From Vicugna vicugna (Eukaryota): a DNA stretch of 64,000 bases. Both the position numbers and the translations under genes were made by a program. A model generated the notes under the pieces. That model searched no databases and had not been told where the DNA came from. It worked only from the letters and a program-made list of their open reading frames with translations. Shown one piece after another: positions 13,072 to 26,863 of the stretch. The DNA is taken from positions 1,377,061 to 1,441,060 of the forward strand of contig MU058423.1 in NCBI GenBank assembly GCA_013265495.1, given 5' to 3'. Each line of letters begins with the position of its first letter. Position 1 is the first letter of the stretch.

Positions 13072-13572
13072 CAGGCGCACCTCATTTTATTGCACTTTGC
13101 GGATACTGTGCTTCTCGGTACTGTATTTTTGTTTTTAACCAATTAAAGGTTTCTGGCAACCCTCTATTGAGCAAGTCTATCAGTGTGATTTTTTTCCAAC
13201 AACAGTTGTTTACTTTGTGTCTCTGTCACATTTCAGTAATTCTTAAAATATTTCAAATTTTTTTCAGGATTATATTTGTTATGGGAATCTCTAATCAGTG
13301 ATCTCTGATGTTACTACTGCAAAAAAAGATTATGATGTGCTGAAGGGTTCAGATGGTGGCATTTTTCTTTTTGGAATAAAGTATATTGCTTAATTAGGGT
13401 ATATACATTGGTTTTTCAGACATAATGCTATTGCAGTTAATAGACTAAAATGTAGTCTAAACAAAACTTTTAAATACGCTGGGAAACCAAAAAATTTATC
13501 TCGCTTCGTTGCAATATTTGCTTTATTGCAGTGGTCTGGAACTGAACCAGCAATATCTCTGAGGCATGCCTA
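13072..13572. mobile_element. Tigger1-derived, internally deleted DNA transposon (TcMar)
   Basis: Terminal inverted repeats caggcgcacctc / gaggcatgccta flanked by TA dinucleotides, plus Tigger1-like subterminal sequence (gctttattgcagtggtctggaactgaacc). Confidence 0.8.
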
Positions 13573-14681
13573 TATTCTCCCAACTCAGTGATAAGAGTGC
13601 TAATATTGAGCAGTAAAAATTACAAGGCAGAAAGTCAAAAAGAAGGAAAAACAAAAGGCCTAGATAATTCACAAGGGGACCTACTTAGCTTTCCTTATTT
13701 AGCAGATTTCATAATGGGTAATATACATTAAAAAAAGAACTTCCTATAAAGGTTTGGATGTCAACCTACAGTGTAAAAATGTCTATCATTTAAAAAAAAA
13801 AAAGACACCTACCATTCCGTTGTCACCTAGTTAAATTATAATAGCCTTTTAAGATGTCCAACTAGCCTTTATTCAGTATGTTTTTCTTGAGTCTTAAAAG
13901 TTATAAAAGTTTAGCTGCTCCTTCCCTTCTACCAAGCAAGCTGCTGTAGGACACACTGAAACAATGATTTTTAACACACATTTGCATCTGTGACTCTGAG
14001 CTCACAAGGTAAAACCATTAAGGGTTTTGTTCGCATGTTTTAAAACATTTTAATTGCTATGCCAAATGACAATAAACCAACTAAAGAACTAATTAAAAAT
14101 GTGTGTGTTGTGGGCTGGGGTAGGGGAGTGGCGTTCCTGAAAGGAAGACTAGTTAGGAACTGTCATTTTATTTCTAAATCTTTTTTCCCTCTAAAGAAAT
14201 ACTCAAATATTACTTTAAAATGGTACAAATATGTATCATCTATAATCTAACTATAGCAACTCATCTATTGCTAGCACCTTAGTGTACTTCTTCAAATCTT
14301 TTTATCCAAGCCCATTATCACAGTTATACTACAAGTCTACAATGTAATTTTAAATGTTTACGAATTTCCTATTGTACTCTTATCTATATTTTATGAGATT
14401 TTTTGATGATAACAATTATGCCCTAGGATTTTAAAAACAACAGGTGCCAAAAGAATATTTAGGATTAAAAATAACAAGTAGAAATTAATTTCTAAATTTC
14501 CCAACACCACCAAATACTGAACATTAACCAGATTTATGTTTTTTGAAAATACTAAAACTTAATACAAAATCACTTATTCTGATAACTATTATAATACCAC
14601 GAACTTCTAATTTATTCTAACACTGTTCATCATATTCCTTTTATCACTATTAATCATTAACATTAAAAAAATCAACAATAC

Positions 14682-14829
14682 CTGTTGATAGTGAATCACA
14701 ACCATGATCAAAAAGCTCTCCCAAAGGAGAACTACTATTGGTTCTTCTTGCCTGTTTCCCATCTATAGCATCCAAGGACTGGTAGATGAAAAGGCCACAC
14801 GCACAAGCAACATACGCCCACAGAGGTGC
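14682..14829 (-). CDS. CEPT1: CEPT1 exon 3 (148 nt), contains the CDP-alcohol phosphotransferase signature
   Basis: ttattttgcag|GCA CCT ... TCA ACA G|gtattg, encoding [49 protein letters not shown]. Contains the motif DG(x2)AR(x8)G(x3)D(x3)D. Confidence 0.97.
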
Positions 14830-16079
14830 CTGCAAAATAAAGTAAGAAAAGCGAGAGTCTTAAGACATATTGTTCACTATGTTTGGCTAATATATATTTT
14901 TACTTGCAGATATTTTATCTTCATTCTCCAGAGAAGTACTACTGACTGGAAGCTATGGGAGAGAAGACCCAAGGCTGCATAATGTAAAACTTTTTGAAAT
15001 AATCTGAATTATAAGAGAATTAAATTCCCTGCTTTGCAGGAGTATTCAAGTAGACGCTGGATAACTACTTCACAAGGATATTACAGAAAGCCCATGAGAG
15101 GTTTGTCTCGGGAACTTCTATAAAACTCCTCCTAACACTTAAATTCTAAGAATCAATTAATGACTAATCTAGTACAGTTACCTTTCAAGATGTTTATAGG
15201 TATTATATGAAAATTTCCACACTAAACTCATGTAGGAAGCACTAGGCTGAACAATGTGAAACAGATTTCTCTACTGCAGGGCTTCTTTCAGCCCCTAAGA
15301 TCACTAATGTATATTGTGAATATTCACGAGGGACAGAACACACTGCCATTTTCCGAACTTAATTTGAGCGTGTAACTTATTTTTAAACACACCTTTTCAA
15401 TGTTCCATAAAACAACACTAGAGAAATAATGATTTACCTACTAGACTAAGTGCTTGCATTATATTTCAAATATTTATGGCCACATTTCAAAGAATGGTTT
15501 CCCTTTTCCCACACAGAAACTGAACCACTAACATTGAATTTAAATGTTGTGCATTCAAAAAGAAGAGCATCTATTTGGTTTGTTCCCTGTAAGAATGTAG
15601 AAGAGTGTTTTGTATCACTTCTTGCTATTTTCCCATGCCCACGCCATGAAAACATTTTTATAACCACAAGATATTTTTTCAGATATTGGTTATCAAGTTC
15701 AACTGTACTAAATGCTCAGAGCAGCAAATTAAAACTACTCAGAGCTGAGATAATATTCAGTATATTCTGCACTGCAAAGAGGTATCTCTCTGGCAGAGAT
15801 CTACTTAGATCTCAGTTATTAAAGGTAAGGATCTTCTCTTAAATGTTTTCTTGGAGTCTCATATTTTAAAATAGTGAGGCTGCTTAAAGGACCATTGTAT
15901 ATACCTCCCCTAAGCTGGAGTTACCAACCCAGAAAGCAATTTACTGTGATTCTGTAACCATAGTTTACAGGCCAGCACACTGGACTAAGGGATTGATCTT
16001 GAGTACCTAAGAACCCTACCTTCTAGACTTTGGGTCCACTGCTTCTTACTTCTAAAAGAATCTAGTAACTCTCTAGAGT

Positions 16080-16285
16080 TGCACTGCCCTGTATAGTAGC
16101 CATTAGCATCTGAGAATATTTTAGTTTTAAATTCACTAAAATCAAATAAAACCAAAAATTCAGTTCCTCAGTTGCTAAGCACATTTCAAGTGTTCAACAG
16201 CCACAAGTGTCTGTGGCCTCCATATCAGACCAGAGACACAGAACCCTTCCATTGTCCCAGAAATTTCTATTGAACAGTCCTGCTC
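16080..16285. mobile_element. MER3-like hAT-Charlie element
   Basis: aaattcagttcctcagttgc...cacatttcaagtgttcaacagccaca...gaaatttctattgaacag. Confidence 0.7.
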
Positions 16286-16805
16286 TAGGGGACTAGAAAA
16301 CAAGGAAATTTTAGGGGGTCTTAACTTAGGATTTAAATGGGAAAAAGTGTTACTCTGGAACAGAGATAACTTCAACTGTTACTATACACATAATCCTGGA
16401 AAATAGCAAGATAGAGATACATATATAAGAGAGAGCAAAGCTTTCTTGTCTTTGGATTTTTCTATCTTTCTGTAGAACACTAACCTAATATGTATATATT
16501 TTTTCCTTGTTCCCATTATTTCACAATTCTCAGAGGTGTTTTAAAAAAGCCTTCTCTTTCAGGAACAAGTATGGTCTCAGCTGGGTTAAGACCCTGATAC
16601 ACTGAATGTATCAATCAGGAAACCATTACAGCCTGACAGGTGGGTGGGGAACTGGCATTAGCAAATAATCTTACTACAACCTAACAATTAATTAACTTGC
16701 AAAATCTTGCAAAGATGCTCTTATGAGTCAACTCAAGTGACAAATCCTGAAAAACATGTTTAACTGAGATTTTGAAACAGAACTGAGTGATTCATACACA
16801 CAGAA

Positions 16806-16808
<3 letters not shown>

Positions 16809-16838
<30 letters not shown>
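16809..16838 (+). repeat. (CA)15 microsatellite
   Basis: Read directly. Confidence 0.95.
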
Positions 16839-16840
<2 letters not shown>

Positions 16841-17934
16841 CTGGTACAAGAGTGACTTTTTTCCTGGGAGAATACAACAAAAAATTGCTGTATGTATGTT
16901 GTATGAATGAGGAGGAATCAGAAGTAGGGGTGGGAAGGAAAGTCAGATCAGAAAAGGAAGATTTTACTTCTGTTTTATGCCTTTCTGTTCAAATTTTTCT
17001 AACTATGTAAATTTTCCCCTTTCCTTTTTAACGTCAGTAGAAGTTAACTGGGCAATGAGATTATGGGCAACGTGCCATTTTAATTGTATTTCCATTTTTC
17101 TGTATTAAAAAATCTAACGAGTTTTTTAGTGGGTTAAATCTAAAGCATTATATTTAGCAATATAAAAACAAACAAAAACAAATTAGCACTGACACAAAAA
17201 TGCTTATGATCATATTCCAAAAAGTTAGTATACAACTCAGTTCTGGTTTTCCTGTGTATAAAATAAATAACACCAATGTTCTTTATCTGTCTTATGTGGC
17301 AAGGATAATTGAAGCACATGTAATACATACCAAGCTGAAAGCTAAATTTTAAATTGACTTATGATAGGCTAAGACCAAAGCAACCAGCTGATGAGGTTTA
17401 AATACTTAGTAACAGAAACAGGTCATTAGGATACTTTGCTATTCTGTATAAAAAGGGAGAAGTCTGTATTTCTACCTCAGGAGTTTGAAAAATAAGGACT
17501 GATTTTCTTTTCTTATCTACTGGAAACTTTGTTTTTTTCTTTTTCTACAAAAAAGGCAAACTCTGCTGAAACCATTACAACAGTGAAATTCTTTTCTACT
17601 AGAAAGATGGTAGCTGAAACTTTAATGCAGTCAAAAAAGTCAGCAACACGAAAAATAGATGGAAAGTTCCTAATTCCTGTAGATATGAAATTAATGCTCA
17701 CCCACTGGTATAAAGCCCAGAAGGACTAGAGATATAATGAATGAGAATTCCCTTAGGTAATAAATTTATGGAACTCTCTGACTGCAAAACACTGATAAGG
17801 AAAAAAATATAAAAAATTCCATAAGGACTTAGATGAATTCGTGAGTCCACAGATAACGTATTATTAGAAGAAATCAGCAATGAGAGAGAGGTTATAGGGA
17901 AGAATAGGTTATTTGACCAATGAAATTATAACCA

Positions 17935-18080
17935 GATACTATTTATTGAGCATTATATGCTAGGCACTTTGAACACATGATCATGTTTAATCTTCATAAT
18001 ACTATGAAATAAGATTTAAAAGGATAAACTGTGATATAGAGAATTTACATAACTTACTGAAGATCAGAGAGATAATAAGA
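17935..18080 (-). mobile_element. MIR SINE
   Basis: atttattgagcattatatgctaggcact...tttaatcttcataatactatgaaataag...ataaactg. Confidence 0.6.
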
Positions 18081-19942
18081 ACGTATCATGGAAGGCAGCC
18101 GTGACCTATCGTAATTCACTCTGATCAAAGCCTCATAAGGACTTCCATCCCGCAGCTATAAATGCACACATGCAGCCTTTGTTGGGCACCACCTTCCCTT
18201 GCAGAGCACCAAACGGTAGCTCCGTCATAGTCCACACTGATTCCTCTCAGTAGCAATTCTAAAAAGTTCTCTGTGATTAGCGCAGTTTCTATTCTGGAAG
18301 TTTCCCCAAAGATTTAACTAATTCTAGGGTTACTCGAATAATTCCAAATCACTTAAGAACAGAGGCTGAGGAGAAGTATCCTAGGGAACATGGTGCCTGG
18401 GACACTCTGGGTGTTCAACAGATGACTGTCAGTGGCTGGGTTACCTCTGAACCTGCTCTCATCCCCTGATCCCCACCCTGGAACTAGTGTTGGATTGGGA
18501 AGGCTTCAACTGGAACCGTCCCACTTGCCTGCTGTTCTTCTGTACCTCTACGGATGCGTGAGATCTGGACCAAATTCCTCTAGAAGTAGATGTCAGGTCC
18601 TCAGGTAAGTCACAGGTAAAACAGCTCAAAGGACATGTGATAAAGAATCCCAGCACATATTTAAACAATCATACTGGTGTTTATTTTTTAAATTTCCTGA
18701 CTGATGTAAAGCAAGATAGTTAAGAAAATGAGGGGAAACCAGAAATACATCCATACAATCTGCATGGACTGTATTTGTACAGTAAAAGAGGAATTAACAT
18801 AAAGGTATTCAAGGGTGAGGGGAAAATGAGCATCTAGAAAAAGAAAAAAACAAAATATGTTTCATAGCTAACTGTGACTCTCAGTAGCTGTTTACTTTAA
18901 GAGCTCTATGTGGAAACGAATTGATGAAAACAGAAAGGAATAAAGCATTGAATGGTGATAATTTTACTTTAAAAAGCAAATCATCTGAAAAGACTAGGCT
19001 TTAAAAAAATTACTTCAAGCTTAAAACAAGACAAGGAATGTTGTGGCCATTATCACTTCATACGGTTCAGTCACTTTTGACAGAGTTAGTTGAGGACCAC
19101 CTTCTAGCTGATCATTATGAACAATGCAGGCATAACAAATATTACTGATTCTCCTTCACCTACCTACCTAAGTTCACTTTTTGACAAGGAAGTTTTAAAA
19201 ACAAATAAACATCAATTTACCCATTCAGATAAAGGGTTCAGTTTCAGTTTTGGTTTTAAGTAATGAGTACAGAGGGTAAAAGAGGGAACAGCAGTGGAGA
19301 GACATACTTGAGAAGGCCCAGGGAGAGGGTCCTTGTAAGCAATACCCGTGCTTTCCTTCTTATTGGTAGCCATAGCAGGACCCAGAGCAGGAAATAGATT
19401 ATATTGTTTTTTCTTATACTGCTGGTTTGTTAGAACGAGAGACATATACCTGAGGTTATCAGCCACACATGTTCCAGGAAAAGAAAAAGGATATTCAACA
19501 ATTCTCACTGGAATTGAGAGGGAAATACTTTTGATAAGACTAATTTATAGCTGTGCCATCTTACTACCCGAGACTTCCCTCTCTGATCACTTTAAACTCT
19601 GTTAAGACTTAACAGCCATTTTTAAAAAATGGGATAAAACTCTTAGAAAGAATCGAGATTTACTGATTTTAAAAGGAACATCTTACATGCTAATCCCAAC
19701 TAACATTAATTTACCTACTAGGATCAGTCTACACTTTGCTTCTGATTTCTCATAAGCATAGTGTATAAAGTAGGTTGCCATTACAAGCTTTATTAAAAGT
19801 AGATATGATAGGATACTTTAAAACAGCTGACAAATAGCTATCAGATTGTCTTCCTTTAGCTAAAATGACCTAAAAATCCCAATTACAGTGTTTCTGGTGG
19901 GCAATAAATGTTCATATCTGTTGTTAAAGAAATTCCTCTTAC

Positions 19943-20281
19943 CTGCTCTGTAGCTGTAGGGCAGTAGAAGACTAATAAAACAGTTGTACAGATGTTTATT
20001 GACAATCCAATGATGGTGATGAGATTTGGGGCAATCCAGGAGGGCACTCTTCCAACTAGCCATTCCCAATACCCTTGCATTAAGGGCTCAAGCAGGGACC
20101 GTCCAGCACTCTGGTATCTGTGTTCTTCTAGCCGCTTAAGCTGGTGTCTTGACAATGGTGGTGTAGGTAACTGAAACAACTTATTTAATACACACCCTGG
20201 AGTACTCATATGCCCGAAGCCCAGGGGGGACTCCGGGTGAGAATCTCCACATCGTTTCCTCGTTGATCGATGCCCACTCAT
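19943..20281 (-). CDS. CEPT1: CEPT1 first coding exon (exon 2), 113 codons from the ATG
   Basis: [24 protein letters not shown]...[32 protein letters not shown] followed by donor CAG|gtaaga. Recognisable CEPT1 N-terminus. Confidence 0.97.
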
Positions 20282-20352
20282 GGATCTTGGCTTTCTTTAA
20301 TTTGGAGAGAATAATTTATCCTGTTTTACAGCTTTTGGTGGATAGTCTTTAC
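20282..20352 (-). other. CEPT1: 5'UTR part of CEPT1 exon 2
   Basis: A poly-T tract and ccag| acceptor (AG at 20353-20354) lie 71 nt upstream of the ATG. No upstream ATG in this segment. Confidence 0.8.
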
Positions 20353-20799
20353 CTGGAAAAAAAAAAGATACATTTGTCAGCCACTATTTATATCAATGCC
20401 AGTAAATTAAAAAAAAAATCAAACTGATACTAGAGTAATACATATTAAGCAAGGATTAGAAAATCAGCGGTCTGTTTTTAGTTCTAATTCTTATTGATGG
20501 TACAAGCCAAAGAAGTCATATAACCTCACCTTTAAATGAAAAACATTAAGAAATGTTAATAGTAATGTTTCCTGTTACCTTATAGTTTGACTTCAAAGCT
20601 CATGCTTTTTTCCCCCATCTCATCAATTATTGCTTTCAGTAGTATAAATCGAACAAATCTTAGAAATGACCTAATCATTCCACATATACGGAAAATGAGG
20701 TCCAAAAACATGCCCAAAGACAGCTAGCAAATTAGTGTTAATACTGGAGGAATGACTTGAATAGAATGGGTCTTAAACCAGATTTTTATTCAATGCTAG

Positions 20800-20965
20800 T
20801 AGTTAATATTTATTAAACACTTACTATGTACTAAACACTTTAAGCAAGTTTTATATATTAACTCATTTAATCCCCACAATAACCACAGAAGGTAAGGACT
20901 ATTAATTATCCCCATTTTTACAGAAAATGAAACTAAGGCACAAGGAGGCTAATTAACTTGTCCAA
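20800..20965 (-). mobile_element. MIR SINE
   Basis: actcatttaatccccacaataacc...tatccccattttacagaaaatgaaactaaggcac...aacttgtccaa. Confidence 0.8.
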
Positions 20966-23399
20966 ACTGGGTTCAAATAAACACAGGGCTTTTGTTTAAA
21001 TTAAAAGTTAAACTTTTTAGTGGAAAGGGATATAGATGATATGCCAGGATGGGATAAACAACAATGAAAAAAAATTAATTTTAAGAGGGCAGTATTTACA
21101 TGTTAGCAGTGTGACCTGATGAACTGTGGTAGTAAGAAAAAATTGGAAGTGCATTAAATGATGATTGTTCATAAAGACCCTTAAATTTAAATCCCTGAAG
21201 TGCTTGCACTTGACTTAGAAAAGATTAGCAGTAACATCTTATCCTAAGCTATTAATCAATGTAAGAATATAATGACAAGTGGAGAACACTTAAAAATTAG
21301 TATGGCGACATCAAAGGTTTGAAGTGGTAGGCCTGGAGTAGGGTGGTAAAAATGGGAATATGAAAGACAGTCAAATGTGTAAGTAATTTCTACTCAGAAG
21401 GAAGAATCAAGAGGAAGTGCTTAGGAATTAGACATGAGAGGTGAAGAGGCAGAAGAAAAAAAGGAACCAACAGTCAGAGGCTAGTGGTACTACCGTCAAA
21501 AGGAGAGTCTGGAAGGAAAAATCAGTTTATTTTCCCTTTTAGAGGGTGCAGGATGAGAGGGGATCTCGGGTGAGAGCAGGAAAGCTATACATGCAGCTTT
21601 TAAGTAGAGATGTTTTAGACAAAATCAAATGACTGGTGTTTAGGTACGAGATCAAAATTTCAAGTTTTTCAACTTAAAAGCTAAAGGCTAGTTAAAGATT
21701 AGAAAGTAGAAAATTTCTTAAACGGATTGAGTATAAAGAGAAAAGGAAAAGAATAAAGACCCTTATGGGAAACTCACGGTTAGTTGAGTAGGAGGAAGAG
21801 AAGCCATAAAAAGATTTTAAAAAGGAAAGAAATAAAAAGAAATAATCTTAATGGAACTAAAAGGGTAGAGGTGCTGAACCAAGATACGTGTACTTTGATC
21901 TTCTGGCTGAAAGTTATCCAGAAGGAAATATGAACTTCCCAGAAATGCTGCACTATGGGAATACAGAATGTAATACAGAATCAAGAACATCTCAACAATG
22001 GACCTAGTATCAAAACATACTCCGGGTTTCTCTCTATTCCCATAAACAACAAATTCCAAAATTTCAATGTCACTAACGATCTAAAGGGGCATCCCAAATC
22101 TCAGCCAATCATGTATCTTAATAACTGGTTTAGAAAATAGTTACTGTGGTCATTAACGGACTTAAATAAATTTTCAAAAGTCTCAAAAGAATCATCAGTG
22201 CCACTATTTAACTAACAAAAGTGCTCTGAAATAAAAATATTGGAATAATTTTCAAACCAAAGCAAATTAAAGCTAATTTCCAACTACTTCAAAGAATTCT
22301 TCCACACACCCAACTGGATCACAAAGTACTTGATTAAAACTGTTTTAAAGCAATATTTATATAACGTCAAACAACAAAATCATTTTAGAAGAAATGAGAG
22401 CGATAACCACCAAAATAATGTTACTAACATGAAGCAGCCAAATTTTCCAAAGTCAAATAGAATAATGTATTTTCCTATTCGGTGAGCTATAATCAATCAG
22501 CTCTTATGTAATTCCACTTAAAATGGGAATAAAAAGTTGAGCCAACTCTATTTATATTTTATTATTGTAGTGTTCCATTCTCCTATACTTTAAAAAAGAT
22601 AAAGTGACATATTGAGGATGCTGGCCTGCTTTTGGCACTAAACAAGTACAAGCAACTGATCCTAATGGTTTTAAGTTTGAGCATTTGGCAGGACTACATG
22701 ATAAGCTGATACTTCCTTCTAAATGTTTTCCCCTCTCTAACCTAGATTTTTTTTTCTCCTTCTATTTCTCTTTTAGAAAAATCTACGTTTTTACAGACCT
22801 TTCTAGATCTAGTCATTATATAATTCATACATGGAAAAAAAGAGTATTTCAATTGGCAACATTGTCTCTGTGAACCTTATTAGCAACCAGATTGCAAAGA
22901 AAAATGCAGACACATATAGGCCCTGACATATAGCTACCTACTTCACTTTCAACACATACAGGTAGCCACCTTGCTGTCACTGCCACTGCCACAGATCCAT
23001 CTCCACTCTTCCTTCCTCCCGTCACACCTGAGACCAGGAGGCTACTGCCATGAAAACCATCTCAGGAAAAAGACAGGAGTTTCTGAATTTCAGCATGTGA
23101 AAAGCAAGCATATTCAAGGGAGCAGGACAGTGTAGGCTGCTACAATAGGAGATCAGATTCTATGGAGAGAAAAGGAAAAAGGATGTGAGGTGAGAATATG
23201 GAAAGGAGGTAAAAAATCACAAAAATTATTTTAACCACTTGAGATTTTTATCTAGAGTCAAGCCGATGCCCAAAAAGTGGAGGGGGTAATATCCTTTTCT
23301 ACCCACACTACAAGGAACTAAAAAATTAAAATTATTGCTGGCTAGCCTACAAACCTAGGCAGCAGTCCCAAGTTTTTATAAGAAAATGGATTCCAAGTT

Positions 23400-23870
23400 C
23401 CAAATGCATTCAGCCAATATCTGAGTGCAGTAAGCAAGACAGACATGGTCCCAGCTCCCATGTCCAATGGGAAAATAACTAAAAACAGGTAAACAAGCAA
23501 ATAACATTACACACTGTGATGGGTACTATGAGGAAAACAAGATGTGGAGCCAGGAAACAGTTGAGGGTGCAGATTTTAGATAAGGTTGTTGAAGTCCACG
23601 GAGAAGAAGCACTTATTCCAAATTCAGAGGAAGAGAAGGAGGTTGCCATTTCAAGAGCAAGAACAGTCCCAGAGAACAGGCTCTGAATAAGAGTGATCTT
23701 GTCTCTCACTCAGGGACCTCTGCAATTACTATGGCTGGAGTAGTAAAACAGATGAAAGGGTGAGATAAAATAAAATCTGAAAAGCCAGACAATGCAAAGG
23801 TTCATAGACCTTGGCAAGGAGTTGAGATTTTATTTGGATGTTATGGAAAGTCATCAATGAGCTTATCAAG
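23400..23870 (-). mobile_element. L2 LINE remnant
   Basis: Purine-rich reverse-strand L2 signature (agacagacatggtccc; tggctggagtag; ggcaaggagttgagattttat). Confidence 0.6.
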
Positions 23871-24059
23871 AAATCAAGAATTTTTTGGCACAGCCTATTT
23901 GTTAAGTGAGGATATATTTTCATAAATCATAATAGTAAAAGTGAGTACTTAAAACAGTTAAAAATTCTCATCACCCGGAATTCAGTTTATGATAATACTG
24001 ATTACTGTCCTATAGTTATTGGAAGCTTTCCACTTGTAATCAGCAAATTTCCCTCCTCT

Positions 24060-24290
24060 GCTATATAACCTGATCGAATGTGATGCTCCTTTCATAGCAC
24101 TTTACCACATTTTGAATGTTTTTTGTTAGTTGCTGATGTTTTCTGGTCTTTTCCCCACACTGGTATGTAAGACACAGGAGTGCAGGAGCCATGTCTATCT
24201 TAACATTCTTTTCCCAGAATCTCATACCAAACCTAACACTAAGTAGGTAATCAGCACTTATTTGTGGAACAGTGAACAAATGTGATTTAT
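24060..24290 (+). mobile_element. L2 3' end
   Basis: tccccacactggtatgtaagac...gcaggagccatgtct...aagtaggtaatcagcacttatttgtggaacagtgaa. Confidence 0.6.
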
Positions 24291-26591
24291 CTAATATTTA
24301 ATGAGCACCTAGTGGTTCTAGACTCTGAGGAAACAGAAAGATTGAAATTTACCATCCATGCCCTCAAGCTCAAAGTAGGGGCAGGGAGTCTTGTAAACAG
24401 CTGTTATACTGTGAACAAACTGTTGGGGGAGTTCACAGGAGGGGGCAGAGACGGTCTAACAAAATTCTTCTTCGTGCAGGCATGAATATTTATGCGGAAC
24501 CCAACAAAGGTACAAAAATAAAACCAGAGATATTAAATGAATACCTTTACTAAAATTATACACAATTTGTAGACCTTAAATCTATGATGCAGAACGTCTG
24601 AGCATATGATGCAGAACAGCAGCTGAGCATAGTAGCATGCTGCCTACATGATTCCTGTGTTCTGCACTGGGGAACATCTGACAAGTATCACACTCAACAA
24701 GGCATCTCCAACTGCTGAGCAGAGCATAAGGTAAGCTTACACAATATCCAACCTGTAGAAGGAAATTCCAGAATTCCCATCCCCCATGTCTAAGGGTGCC
24801 AAGTTTTGAGCTGCATTGATTCAGCAGTATGTTGGCCGTCCTTTCACAGGAACTGGTGACTACACAGCTTTTCCCACTTTCACAGCTCCACTAAAGGAAA
24901 ATACTAATGGCCAACATTATTTGGGAGGCAGAGCAAATTATAAAAAGTTTAACAAAAACAAACAACTAATAGGATCACAGGATTACATTCAGCATTATTT
25001 AACAAGTGACACAGAACAAGTTAGCAAAAACAAAAGCCTTTTCAGCAGACTTGGAAGCTAAAACAGCACTGTGTAATAAAATTTAGATCTGTTTGTTGAA
25101 GTGAAATCTTGTATTTCTTAAAAAAAAGGAAATAACTTCCTCCAGGGGGAGGAAAAAAAAAGAAGAGCCAAAGCCTGGCATTTGATGGATTATTTTCCTA
25201 TTTCCTTAAAAGAGACAGCACAGCACGACTCTCAAAAGAGTATCACCATCACTTTTAGTTATCTTTTAAGAACAAGTATACTGCTTCCTAGAAAACAAAT
25301 TGACTATGCTATAAAACTTAACTGGGGTTATAAAACAAATTTAGAGTTAAACAGCAAACATTTAATAGTGTTTATAATGTAAATTTTAAGAGACTGGGTG
25401 TGGGAAAGGAAGAATGAATTTATGAAATCATAGTTGTAAATATTCAATAATAACATAATAACTGGCCAACAAATAAAGACACCTCTGTTGGAACAGGTTA
25501 ATACCGGAGGCAAATTTATCTAATTTATTTCTTAAATGGAAGAATTGTAAAAACAAGTTGTACAAGTAGCTTTGTGCTCAGCACAAAACGAGTATGAAGC
25601 AAAATGCTTTTAGAATTTCAGTCTCTGGAATGTTATGTGAACGCCAAAGGTACTAAAGTACTTATGCTCTAAATGCCTTTACCAACCTTACTTGTGTTGT
25701 CAATTCAATACCCTCACTGAAAATACTCCTACTAGTTCAAGAGCAGAAACTGAACCTTTTTTTCTTGGTCCACATACAAAGACAAAACAGTAATATTTGT
25801 TTAAATATAACTATCAATTTGCCTACTATCACAACATGGATTCATTAATGAACTAAAAGACTTCAAGCAAAATTACATATTAATGCCAGTGATGCAAAAC
25901 GGCAAAACGACACAAAATGGCCAAGCACTGGATTGGAGAAGACAAGTGAAATAGACCTCATTCATCCAGTGTTCTTGGGAACATCGGCAAAGACTAGCAA
26001 CTCTTCTGTCCCTTCTCCTTCCAAGAACACTGCTGGAATAAACCCTAGCTGGCAATCTCAGAGCTTGTCAATATACGCTGAAATTTCTGGAAAACTTGCT
26101 GACCAAGAAGTGTGGCCCAGCCACGAAACACCAGCACCTTATTCCAAAGGGAGGGCAAACCCGGCACAGGATCCAACTCGATTTGTGGACTTAGCAGCAC
26201 CCAAGCAGGAGGGTGTGGACCTGAAAGGCAAGGTCGGTTCCGCACGGACAGCGCCCCCAGCCCTCGGCCCGCCCAGCCCCGGCCGCCGAGATTCTCCTCT
26301 CCTCGCATAGCAGGCCCCGGGCTCTCGCGCTGGCGATTCGCCGCCTCAGTCTCTCCATCCGCAGCCAGAGGGGCAGTCGCCCCTCGCCCTCCCCACATCC
26401 CCGCGCGCGAGGCTCCCCCGCGCGAGGCAGGGCTGCGTTCCCCCCGCGCGAGTCCATACACAGCTATATTCCAATACCCCATCCCGAGAGCTTGCAGCCC
26501 TCTCTCCACCCCTCGTGAGAGTCGTGTCCTCCGACACGTCCTTTACACCCTGGCCATATCCCCAAGACAAGACCGAGCCCGGCAGCCTTAC

Positions 26592-26700
26592 CCTGGCCCC
26601 CAAAAGCACACACCTAGTAATACCTCCGACTCCAGCCGACTGGGTGACTCTGATCCGCGGCAGCACGTTCACGACACTTTCGCGATTGCCGTAAAGGGAT
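26592..26700 (-). other. CEPT1: Probable non-coding first exon of CEPT1 (start site uncertain)
   Basis: Strong minus-strand donor AGG|gtaagg (exon ends at 26592) inside the CpG island. The 5' boundary is a guess. Confidence 0.55.
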
Positions 26701-26863
26701 ACAGGGTCGGAACTGGTGGTGGCGGGAGCGCGCCCCTCCGGGCGGTGAGCGCGCCCCGGGACCGGCCCGGCTGCTCGGGAGCGCGCCCTGGGCTCCGCCC
26801 ATCTCAGTCCGGCCGGCAGGCTCCGGACCCGGCGGCCAGTACTGGCTGGGTCGTCCAAGCAAG
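26700..26863 (+). other. DRAM2: Probable non-coding first exon of DRAM2 (start site uncertain)
   Basis: Plus-strand donor AAG|gtaggc at 26863/26864 in the CpG island. The 5' boundary is a guess. Confidence 0.5.

Noticed and set aside
15450..15842. 130-aa plus-strand ORF in a CEPT1 intron
   Set aside because: Non-ATG start, no recognisable motif and no supporting gene structure.
24582..24632. ATGATG...CTGA...ATGATG...CTGA pattern with complementary ends, resembling a C/D box snoRNA
   Set aside because: Explained by a ~22-25 bp tandem duplication; too short, C boxes imperfect, and antisense to the host intron.
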